Positions 1 to 7,523 of a stretch of DNA of 64,000 bases are shown piece after piece. Source of the stretch: an uncultured beta proteobacterium (GTDB taxonomy: Bacteria > Pseudomonadota > Gammaproteobacteria > Burkholderiales > Casimicrobiaceae); contig CAWBGE010000013.1 in NCBI GenBank assembly GCA_963788185.1, positions 27,350 to 91,349 on the forward strand, given 5' to 3'. The position numbers were made by a program, and so were the translations under genes. Each line of letters starts with the position of its first letter. Position 1 is the first letter of the stretch. The notes below the pieces were generated by a model. That model did not search any database, was not told the DNA's origin, and saw only the letters and a list, made by a program, of their open reading frames with translations.

Positions 1-1
1 C

Positions 2-922
2 TTTGCGAGCTTTGTCGCCGGCGAGGAGCGGGGCGCCGAATTGGGCCAGATCTACGGTGTCGCGCTGGCCGAGGGGCGGGTCTACGCGGTCGACAGCAAG
101 GGCCCCGGGCTGGCGGTGTTCGACCTCAACAAGCAGCAATACAGCCTGTTCACTGGATCCGGGGGCGGGCGTATGCGTCGCCCGATCAACCTGACCATCG
201 ACGCGGATGGAACCAAGTACGTCACCGACACCGGCCGCGACCAGGTGCTCATCTACGACCGCGACAACAAGTACGTCGGCGCCTTCGGCGAGCAGGGACA
301 GTTCCGCCCGGTCGACACCGCGATCGCCGGCGACCGGCTTTATGTGGTCGACATCCAGCACCACGCAATCCAGGTGCTGGACAAGAAGTCCGGCAAGCTG
401 CAGTTCAAGTTCGGCAAGCCGGGATCGAAGGAAGGCGAGCTTTACCATCCGACCAACATCGCCATCGGGCCCAACGGCGACGTGTTCGTCACCGAGACCA
501 GCAACTTCCGTGTCCAGCGCTTCACCGCCGAGGGCAAGACGTTGCGCACCTACGGCGAGGTTGGCGACACGCCCGGCAAGTTCGCCCGCCCCAAAGGCAT
601 CGCGCTCGACAAGGCGGGGCGGCTGTACGTCGCCGACGCCGCGTTTCAGAACGTGCAGATCTTCGACGCCAACGGCCTGTTGCTGATGGCGTTTGGGCAG
701 CCGGAAGGGGGCGACGGCCTGAGCCTCCCCGCGGCGATCGCCATCGATTACGACAACGTCGCACTGTTCAAGCGCTACGCCGATCCGAAGTTCAGCATCG
801 AATACCTGATCCTGGTGGCCAGCCAGCTCGCGCCGAACAAGGTCGACGTCTTCGGTTTCGGGCGCATGGCCGGCGCCGATTACTCACGCGACGACAGGAC
901 CGTCGCCGCGCCGCCGAAGTGA
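2..922 (+). CDS. NHL-repeat beta-propeller protein (5' end outside window)
   Basis: The reading frame is open from the window edge. It contains repeated NHL-type blocks: LYVVDIQHHAIQVLD, VFVTETSNFRVQRFT, LYVADAAFQNVQIFD. The stop lies 7 nt before the next gene. Confidence 0.8.
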   Translation, partial: FASFVAGEERGAELGQIYGVALAEGRVYAVDSKGPGLAVFDLNKQQYSLFTGSGGGRMRRPINLTIDADGTKYVTDTGRDQVLIYDRDNKYVGAFGEQGQFRPVDTAIAGDRLYVVDIQHHAIQVLDKKSGKLQFKFGKPGSKEGELYHPTNIAIGPNGDVFVTETSNFRVQRFTAEGKTLRTYGEVGDTPGKFARPKGIALDKAGRLYVADAAFQNVQIFDANGLLLMAFGQPEGGDGLSLPAAIAIDYDNVALFKRYADPKFSIEYLILVASQLAPNKVDVFGFGRMAGADYSRDDRTVAAPPK

Positions 923-929
923 TGGAACG

Positions 930-3032
930 GTGCGGCCACGATTCCCCAGTGCTGATTTCGCCTCCACGACGGCCACGGCAGCGGTGCCCCGCGCGTTGCG
1001 TCGCCGATTTGTCCGGCAGTGCTGCGTCCGGCGACCGCTGCTGGCCGTGATCGTCGGCCTAGCCATCGGCTCTGCCCAGGCGGAGGAGTTCACCACCACC
1101 CGTTTGACCGGCTGGGACGGGTACGTCTCCACCAGCTACTTCGCCGACCAGTTGTCGACGTCGCAGGCGCCGACCGGGAACACTCCCGGCAGCTCGTCGA
1201 GCACCACCCAGAGCGACTTTCGGGTCGACGCGTTTCTGATGACGCACGGCTACGTCTACCACCCGAAGTTCATGACCTTCGACGTGGGCGGCGGGCCGAT
1301 TTTCCAGGTCAGCCGGCTGACGACCGACGGCACCACGGACCGGACCCAGCAGCCGCTGTACAACCTGAGCGCGACCGCCACCTTCCTCGCGGACAAGCCG
1401 TACACCGGAAAGATCTACTACGAGCACCTGAACCCGACCGTCATGCTGAGCCCCGGCGAAGTGTTCCAGGAGGAGACTACCAAGGCCGGCCTCGCCTTCT
1501 CGCTGCTGGCGCCGGTCAGCCCGGTGCCATTCACCGTCGAATTGTGGCAGTTGCATACGCAGGGCGAGAGCACGTTGCGCAGCGTCGACGATCGCATCGA
1601 TCAGTTCACGTTCAAGGGCGACCGCGCCATCGGGACCTACGGCAACACCCAGATCGGCTATCAGGCGCTGCAGCAGGAATCCGCGAGCGGCAGCCTGAAC
1701 CTGCCGATCCAGAGTTCGCGGCTGCGCTCGCAGCAGTTGAACGCCGACACCAGCCTGGAGTTCGGTGCCGATCGCAATTACCGGGTGTTCAACAGCATCG
1801 TCTATTCGAAGAACGACTACACGCTGGAGCAGGGCGCCTCGCCCAAGCTCGACGACTTTCGCGTGCTGCTCAACTATCGCGGCACGCACGCGCGCGAGCT
1901 GCAGTCGGTCGGGAACTACAACTATCTGCGCAGCGTCCAGGACGGGCTGGCGACGACCGTCAACAACATGAACGCGGGGGTGAACTGGCTGCCGATGGCC
2001 GGGTCCTGGGTCTCGGCCGGCGTATTCGGCAGCGACACGCGATCGCCCGATTTCACGCTGCGCAGCTATGGCCCCGAGGCCAGCTTCAATTACGAGCGCC
2101 CGCTGCCGTTCGGCACGGCAACCGTCGGCTACGGCGTGCGCTACGACACGCGCGATCAGCGTGCCGGCACGCCGCAGACTCCGGTCGTGGGCGAGCGCGT
2201 GGTGCTGCGCGGAACCTCGCCGTCGAACCTGGCGCAACCGCTGGTGATCGAGTCGTCGGTGGTCGTCAACAACGCGCAACGCACCCAGGTCTATACGGCC
2301 GGGATCGACTACGAGTTGACCGTGGTCGGGGTGATGACACGGATCCAGCGCATCCTGTCGGGAAGTATCCTCGACGGCGAGGAGGTCCAGGTCGACTATG
2401 TCTACGACGTCGGTGGCACCTTCGCCAGCACCATACTCGACCAAAGCGCCAATCTCAATTGGCGGTGGTCGAACTATCTCAACCTGTACCTTCGCTACTA
2501 CGATTCGCGGCCGCAGGTAACGTCGGGGGTGCCGTCCGCGCCGCTCAACACGATCCACGACCTGACCTACGGCACGCGAGTCGATTGGCCGCTGCGCTTC
2601 GACCTGGAGATGCTGGTGGGCGGCTACGTCGAGCGCGAGGATCGCAACGAGACCATCGCGCCGTTTGTGCGCACCGAGGGCGAGCTCTATGTCCAGTCCG
2701 AATTGCCGCTCGTCACCAACGCGGATCTGCGGGTGGGACTGCGGCGAACGCGCACCGTGGCTGAGAACGAACTTCAGAACGTCAACCTGACTGGGTACGA
2801 CCTGTTGCTGACGTGGCGCTCGCCGCTCGGCATCACCCTTGCGGCCTCCGGCATCTATGAGCGCGACACCGGCGGCATCGACGAGCGTGAGCGCCGCCTC
2901 GGCAAGCTGCGGGCGCTATGGCGGTTCCGGCGGCTCGTCCTGACGCTGGATGTCATTCGCTCGCGCGAGTTGCAGGGCAGCTTCTCGCGCGATCACACCA
3001 GCGGCCAGATCACGCTGCGGAGGGATTTCTGA
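930..3032 (+). CDS. Predicted outer-membrane beta-barrel protein, 700 aa, unknown family
   Basis: The N-terminus has a signal peptide (RRPLLAVIVGLAIGSAQA/EEF). The mature part has no Cys and is rich in G/Y/T/N/R/D with alternating hydrophobic patterns. The C-terminus ends ITLRRDF, and a terminal Phe is typical of BAM substrates. Spacing to both flanking genes is 2-7 nt. Confidence 0.7.
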   Translation: MRPRFPSADFASTTATAAVPRALRRRFVRQCCVRRPLLAVIVGLAIGSAQAEEFTTTRLTGWDGYVSTSYFADQLSTSQAPTGNTPGSSSSTTQSDFRVDAFLMTHGYVYHPKFMTFDVGGGPIFQVSRLTTDGTTDRTQQPLYNLSATATFLADKPYTGKIYYEHLNPTVMLSPGEVFQEETTKAGLAFSLLAPVSPVPFTVELWQLHTQGESTLRSVDDRIDQFTFKGDRAIGTYGNTQIGYQALQQESASGSLNLPIQSSRLRSQQLNADTSLEFGADRNYRVFNSIVYSKNDYTLEQGASPKLDDFRVLLNYRGTHARELQSVGNYNYLRSVQDGLATTVNNMNAGVNWLPMAGSWVSAGVFGSDTRSPDFTLRSYGPEASFNYERPLPFGTATVGYGVRYDTRDQRAGTPQTPVVGERVVLRGTSPSNLAQPLVIESSVVVNNAQRTQVYTAGIDYELTVVGVMTRIQRILSGSILDGEEVQVDYVYDVGGTFASTILDQSANLNWRWSNYLNLYLRYYDSRPQVTSGVPSAPLNTIHDLTYGTRVDWPLRFDLEMLVGGYVEREDRNETIAPFVRTEGELYVQSELPLVTNADLRVGLRRTRTVAENELQNVNLTGYDLLLTWRSPLGITLAASGIYERDTGGIDERERRLGKLRALWRFRRLVLTLDVIRSRELQGSFSRDHTSGQITLRRDF

Positions 3033-3034
3033 TC

Positions 3035-4057
3035 ATGCGTCCGCTTGCTCCCGTCTTGTTGGCTGCCGCGATCCTGCTGGGCGCTTGTGCCAGCCCCGCG
3101 ACCCCCCCCATCGACGATAGCGCTGCATTGGTTTGGCCGTCGGCGCCGGCCGAGCCGCGGATCAAGTACGTGCGCGCGTTCTCGACGCCCGAGGATCTCG
3201 GCATCGCCAAGGGCTTTGGTCAGCGGCTGCTCGAGCTCCTGCTCGGCGCGACGCAGGTGCAGCTGGTGCGTCCCATGGCTGTCGTCGAGGCCGACGGCAT
3301 GCTGTATGTCGGGGACCCGGGTGCCAAGGGCGTGCATCGCTTCGATCTCGCGAACGGCAATTACGCCCTTGTCGGCGTCGACGGGGGCACGACGCTGCCT
3401 TCTCCGGTTGGGCTCGCGCGTGGCGAGGCGGGTGCGATTTACATTGCCGACTCGGCGTTGGGGGCGGTGTTTCTGTTGCCGCGAGGGGCAGCGGCTGCGT
3501 CGCGGGTCGCGCTCGCAGGCGAGTTGCGCCAGCCGACTGGAATAGCCTTCGATCCCGTTGCCAGGAGGCTCTACGTCGTCGACACCGGCAATCACAGGAT
3601 CAACGTGTACGCGGCGGACGGCAGCCTGGTGACGACGATCGGGCAGCGCGGCGGTGGCGACGGCGAGTTCAACTTCCCGACGATGATCTGGCGCGGAGCG
3701 GGCGGCCGGTTGCTGGTCACCGACTCGCTCAATTTTCGCACCCAGATCTTCGATGCCGACGGCCGCTTTGTCGCCAAGTTCGGCCGTGCCGGCGACGGAT
3801 CGGGGGATTCGCCGCGGCAAAAGGGTGTGGCCACCGATCGGTACGGCCACGTCTACGTGGTCGACTCGCTGCTCCACGCAGTGCAGATCTTCGACGACTC
3901 CGGACAGTTCCTGCTGTCGATCGGCGGCCAGGGCCGCGAGCGTGGCGATTTCTGGCTGCCCACCGGAATCTTCATCGGCGACGACGACACCATCTATGTC
4001 GCCGATTCGTACAACCAGCGGGTGCAGGTGTTTCGCTACGTGGGAGGTCCGACATGA
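3035..4057 (+). CDS. NHL-repeat lipoprotein
   Basis: The ATG at 3035 follows the previous stop by 2 nt. A lipobox is present (MRPLAPVLLAAAILLGAC). NHL blocks: LYVVDTGNHRINVYA, LLVTDSLNFRTQIFD, VYVVDSLLHAVQIFD, IYVADSYNQRVQVFR. Confidence 0.85.
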   Translation: MRPLAPVLLAAAILLGACASPATPPIDDSAALVWPSAPAEPRIKYVRAFSTPEDLGIAKGFGQRLLELLLGATQVQLVRPMAVVEADGMLYVGDPGAKGVHRFDLANGNYALVGVDGGTTLPSPVGLARGEAGAIYIADSALGAVFLLPRGAAAASRVALAGELRQPTGIAFDPVARRLYVVDTGNHRINVYAADGSLVTTIGQRGGGDGEFNFPTMIWRGAGGRLLVTDSLNFRTQIFDADGRFVAKFGRAGDGSGDSPRQKGVATDRYGHVYVVDSLLHAVQIFDDSGQFLLSIGGQGRERGDFWLPTGIFIGDDDTIYVADSYNQRVQVFRYVGGPT

Positions 4058-5736
4058 GACGGGCGGTACGAGGGGCGATCGCTGCCCTGTTGCTTGCGGC
4101 GCTGGCCGGAACGATGCCGGCATGGGCTGCGGTCGCGACGACCAAACACAACCTGTCGACGAGCGGCCCGGGGACGGTCAAGTCCACCACCGAGAGCGAA
4201 ACCTGCGTGTTCTGTCATGCGCCGCACAATGGCGCGCCCGCGGGGGCGCTGTGGAACCGACGGGCGCCGGGCAGCACCTACACTCCGTACACGAGCTCGA
4301 CCGCCCGCGGCAATGCCGGGCAACCCAATGGGGCGTCGCTGCTGTGCCTCTCCTGCCACGACGGGACGATTGCGCTGGGCGAACTGCTCAATCGTGCCAC
4401 GACGGTGGCGATGACATCCGCGAACATGCCGGTGGGTACGACCCGGCTGGGTACCGATCTCTCCGACGATCATCCGGTATCGTTCGCGTATACGGCATCG
4501 CTTGCAACTGCACGCGGCGGCGAACTGGTCAATCCGGCAACGTTGACAGGGAGCGTCAAGCTCGACGGTTCCGGGCAGATGCAGTGCACGTCGTGCCACG
4601 ACCCGCACAACGATGCCAACGGCAAGTTCCTGGTGATGGTCAACCAGGCATCGGCGTTGTGCATGACCTGCCACAGCAAGAGCAATTGGTCGACAAGCGA
4701 CCACAAGCTGTCGGCGCGAACCTGGAACGGCGTGGCGCCGGATCCCTGGCCGCATACGGCAGGTACCACGGTGGCGGCCAACGCCTGCGAGAACTGTCAT
4801 CAGCCGCATTCGGCGCCGGGCAAGAAATGGCTGCTCAACACGGCAGCCGAAGAAAGTACTTGTTTCTCCTGCCACAACGGCAACGTGGCGGCCAAGAACA
4901 TGCAGTCGGAGTTCAACAAGGCGTCGGTCCACTTCGTGTCTGGCACGACGGGGGTTCACGATCCGGCCGAGTCTGCCGTAGTTTCGTCACGCCACGTCGA
5001 ATGTGCCGATTGCCACAATCCCCACGCCGCGTCCGCCGGCGGACCGCTGAGCGGCGTGCGCGGCGTCTCGATTGCCAACACGGAAGTGAATCCGGTCACA
5101 GCCGAATACCAGATCTGCTTTCGTTGTCACGGCGACAGTCCCGGCAAGCCGTCTCCGCGCACGCCACGCCAGATCGCTCAGGCCAACACGCGGCTCGAGT
5201 TCAGCACGACCAACCCGTCCTACCACCCGGTGGCAGGGGTCGGCAAGAACACCAGCGTGCCGAGTCTGATTTCACCGCTGACGACCGCCAGCTCGATCGG
5301 CTGCGGCAGCTGTCACAACAACAACGCGGGCCCCGGCGCCAACGGAACGGGACCCAAGGGGCCGCACGGGTCGACCTACACGCCGTTGCTCGAGCGGCAG
5401 TACGTGACCACCGACAACACCACGGAGAGCGCCGCGAACTACGCGCTCTGCTACAAGTGCCACAGCCGCACCAGCATTCTCGGCAACGCGAGTTTCAAGG
5501 ACCACAACAAGCACATCGTCGGCGAGCGTACACCGTGCAACGTCTGCCACGACCCGCATGGCATCAGTTCGACGCAGGGCAACACGACCAACAACAGCAA
5601 ACTGATCAACTTCGACACCTCGGTGGTGACCGCCGTGTCGCCAACGGTGCCGATCCGCTTTGTCGTGACGGGCACCAACAAGGGAAGTTGCTACCTCGTC
5701 TGTCACGGCAAGTCCCACAACCCGCTGACCTACTGA
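4054..5736 (+). CDS. Multihaem cytochrome c (11 CXXCH plus 1 CX3CH), secreted, 560 aa
   Basis: The start overlaps the upstream stop (ATGA at 4054-4057). Signal peptide: MRRAVRGAIAALLLAALAGTMPAWA. Haem motifs: CVFCH, CLSCH, CTSCH, CMTCH, CENCH, CFSCH, CADCH, CFRCH, CGSCH, CYKCH, CNVCH and a C-terminal CYLVCH. Several sit in CxxCHDPH/CxxCHxPH contexts that resemble doubled-CXXCH domains. Confidence 0.9.
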   Translation: MRRAVRGAIAALLLAALAGTMPAWAAVATTKHNLSTSGPGTVKSTTESETCVFCHAPHNGAPAGALWNRRAPGSTYTPYTSSTARGNAGQPNGASLLCLSCHDGTIALGELLNRATTVAMTSANMPVGTTRLGTDLSDDHPVSFAYTASLATARGGELVNPATLTGSVKLDGSGQMQCTSCHDPHNDANGKFLVMVNQASALCMTCHSKSNWSTSDHKLSARTWNGVAPDPWPHTAGTTVAANACENCHQPHSAPGKKWLLNTAAEESTCFSCHNGNVAAKNMQSEFNKASVHFVSGTTGVHDPAESAVVSSRHVECADCHNPHAASAGGPLSGVRGVSIANTEVNPVTAEYQICFRCHGDSPGKPSPRTPRQIAQANTRLEFSTTNPSYHPVAGVGKNTSVPSLISPLTTASSIGCGSCHNNNAGPGANGTGPKGPHGSTYTPLLERQYVTTDNTTESAANYALCYKCHSRTSILGNASFKDHNKHIVGERTPCNVCHDPHGISSTQGNTTNNSKLINFDTSVVTAVSPTVPIRFVVTGTNKGSCYLVCHGKSHNPLTY

Positions 5737-5778
5737 GGCCCGCGGTACGAAAACGGCACCACGAGAGAGAGAACGAAC

Positions 5779-6543
5779 ATGCTGCGACGCCGAACGCTAC
5801 AGGATCTTGCGGCGATGTTGTCGCTGGCGCTGCTGGCTTGCGTCGGAACGACGGCCCGCGCGCAGGATTCGGCCTGCCTGCAATGCCACAGCGACCTGGC
5901 CAAGGAGAAGGTCGTGCACGCCGCATTGCAAATGGGCTGCAAGACCTGCCACACCGGGATCGACGCGTCGAAATACCCGCACAAGCTGACCGGAACGATC
6001 GCCAAGGGACTCTCGGCGCCCGAGGCAGAGCTTTGCATCGGCTGCCACGAGAAGGAGAAGTTCAAGAAGAAGGTCACCCACGCCGCAGTCACCATGGGCT
6101 GCAGTGGCTGTCACGAGCCGCACTCGTCGGCAAACGAGAAGCTGCTGACCGCCAAGCTGCCGGCGGTCTGCCACACGTGCCACGACAAGAAGGAGTTCGC
6201 CGGCAAGATTACCCACGCGCCGGCCGAGGCCGGGATGTGCGGCGCGTGCCATGACCCGCATGCGTCCGATCACGCGGCCCTGCTCACCAAGCCGACAGCG
6301 GCGCTGTGTCTGGAGTGCCACGACGAAGTGAAGAAGAAACCCCACGTGGTGGCGGGCTTCTCCCGCAATGGCCATCCGTTGGGTGACGAAAAACGGCCAG
6401 CACCAGTCGCTGATCCGCTGCGCAAGGACAAGACTTTTTCGTGCACCAGTTGCCACGAACCGCATCGCTCGGAGGTGCCCAGGTTGAACCGCATGGACCC
6501 GAAGTCGTCGACCGGGTTTTGCCAGAAATGTCATCCGATGTGA
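5779..6543 (+). CDS. Nonahaem cytochrome c (9 CXXCH), periplasmic, 254 aa
   Basis: A signal peptide ends in ARAQD. Haem motifs: CLQCH, CKTCH, CIGCH, CSGCH, CHTCH, CGACH, CLECH, CTSCH, CQKCH. They are arranged as repeated dihaem units of the form CxxCH-(about 10)-(V/I)xHA-(about 6)-CxxCH(E/D)PH. Confidence 0.9.
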   Translation: MLRRRTLQDLAAMLSLALLACVGTTARAQDSACLQCHSDLAKEKVVHAALQMGCKTCHTGIDASKYPHKLTGTIAKGLSAPEAELCIGCHEKEKFKKKVTHAAVTMGCSGCHEPHSSANEKLLTAKLPAVCHTCHDKKEFAGKITHAPAEAGMCGACHDPHASDHAALLTKPTAALCLECHDEVKKKPHVVAGFSRNGHPLGDEKRPAPVADPLRKDKTFSCTSCHEPHRSEVPRLNRMDPKSSTGFCQKCHPM

Positions 6544-6623
6544 GCGTCGCCCGAAATTCCGTCTCTCAGGCTGCCACTTCAATTTACAATCCACGATCTC
6601 GTCCCCCATTGGAGAAGTTGACC

Positions 6624-7334
6624 ATGAAGCAGTTGTTGATAATTGTCGCGATGTGTTGCGCGAGTATTGCCTGGGCCGCGGACAAGGCGCCGCCGCCTCA
6701 AGCCGCACCGATCAAGGGTGCGGTTCTCGAAGTCATGGAAGTGGACGTCTACACCTACGTTCGTCTCAAGACCGCGACCGGGGAGACCTGGGCCGCGGTG
6801 CCCAAGGCGGTCGTGGTCAAGGGCAGCGAAGTGACGATCGAGTCCCCGATGATCATGGACAATTTCGAGAGCAAGACGCTGAAGCGGAAGTTCGACAAGA
6901 TCGTCTTCGGCACGCTGGGCGGCAAGGCGCCGAGTGCCGGCGGCAAGGCTGGCGTGGGCGAGCTAGCTGCGGCCCACGAAAGTGCGGGCAAGGCCACGGA
7001 TGTCGGCGACGTGAAGGTGTCGAAGGCCACCGGGCCGAATGCGCGCACGGTGGCGGAAGTCACCACCAAGACCACGGAACTCAAGGACAAGCCGGTCGTC
7101 GTGCGGGGCAAGGTGGTGAAGTACAACGCAGCGATCATGGGCAAGAACTGGATTCACCTGCGCGACGGAACAGGCTTGACGGCCGACAAGACCAACGACG
7201 TGCTGGTGACGACCGTCGACCAGGCCAAGGTCGGCGATGTGGTGACGGTGAAGGGTGTCGTACGCACCGACCGGGATCTCGGGTCGGGCTATTCGTACAA
7301 GGTACTGATCGAGGAAGCCACGCTGCAGAAATAG
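6624..7334 (+). CDS. Secreted protein of unknown function with OB-fold-like C-terminal half
   Basis: An RBS (GGAGAAG) lies 8 nt upstream of the ATG at 6624. Signal peptide: MKQLLIIVAMCCASIAWA. The C-terminal segment GKVVKYNAAIMGKNWIHLRDGTG...VTVKGVVRTDRDLGSGYSYKVLIEEA resembles families usually annotated as OB-fold. That assignment is from memory only. Confidence 0.7.
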   Translation: MKQLLIIVAMCCASIAWAADKAPPPQAAPIKGAVLEVMEVDVYTYVRLKTATGETWAAVPKAVVVKGSEVTIESPMIMDNFESKTLKRKFDKIVFGTLGGKAPSAGGKAGVGELAAAHESAGKATDVGDVKVSKATGPNARTVAEVTTKTTELKDKPVVVRGKVVKYNAAIMGKNWIHLRDGTGLTADKTNDVLVTTVDQAKVGDVVTVKGVVRTDRDLGSGYSYKVLIEEATLQK

Positions 7335-7343
7335 CAGAGCGCC

Positions 7344-7407
7344 TGTAGGAGCGACTTTAGTCGCGAACTGGCGCCAATTTCCATCGCGGCTGAAGCCGCT
7401 CCTACAG
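7344..7407. repeat. REP doublet (REPIN-like inverted pair)
   Basis: TGTAGGAGCGACTTTAGTCGCGA (7344-7366) and the inverted TCGCGGCTGAAGCCGCTCCTACA (7385-7407). Each arm contains its own short palindrome. The reverse complement closely matches the doublet at 16722-16788. Confidence 0.8.
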
Positions 7408-7439
7408 CAGACGACCCTCGCTTGTACGCGGTTGTTTTG

Positions 7440-7453
7440 TTGACTCCGATCAA
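7440..7453 (+). promoter_or_regulatory. FNR/Anr-type box TTGAC-TCCG-ATCAA upstream of hemN
   Basis: This matches the TTGAT-N4-ATCAA consensus at 9 of 10 half-site positions. It is centred about 77 nt upstream of the hemN ATG. TAACAT (7475-7480) lies where a -10 would sit for a class II (-41.5) promoter. Confidence 0.6.
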
Positions 7454-7523
7454 CGCTCGGAGGGACCTTTGCAGTAACATTGCCGCTCATTCGCGGGTGT
7501 ACCACCGCTTATAGGGAGTTGCC

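Noticed and set aside
1019-2764. Long alternative-frame and antisense ORFs (581 aa on plus, 499 aa on minus) inside the barrel gene
   Set aside because: Their composition is Arg/Pro/Gly/His-rich, with no signal peptide or domain features. The frame 930-3032 has a signal peptide, a beta-barrel-like composition and a C-terminal Phe.
3133-4053. N-terminal 307 codons of the 867-aa ORF that contains the 12-haem cytochrome
   Set aside because: This part overlaps the NHL lipoprotein gene in another frame and translates to Arg/Gly-rich sequence. The cytochrome has its own signal peptide, starting at the ATG at 4054, which overlaps the upstream stop.
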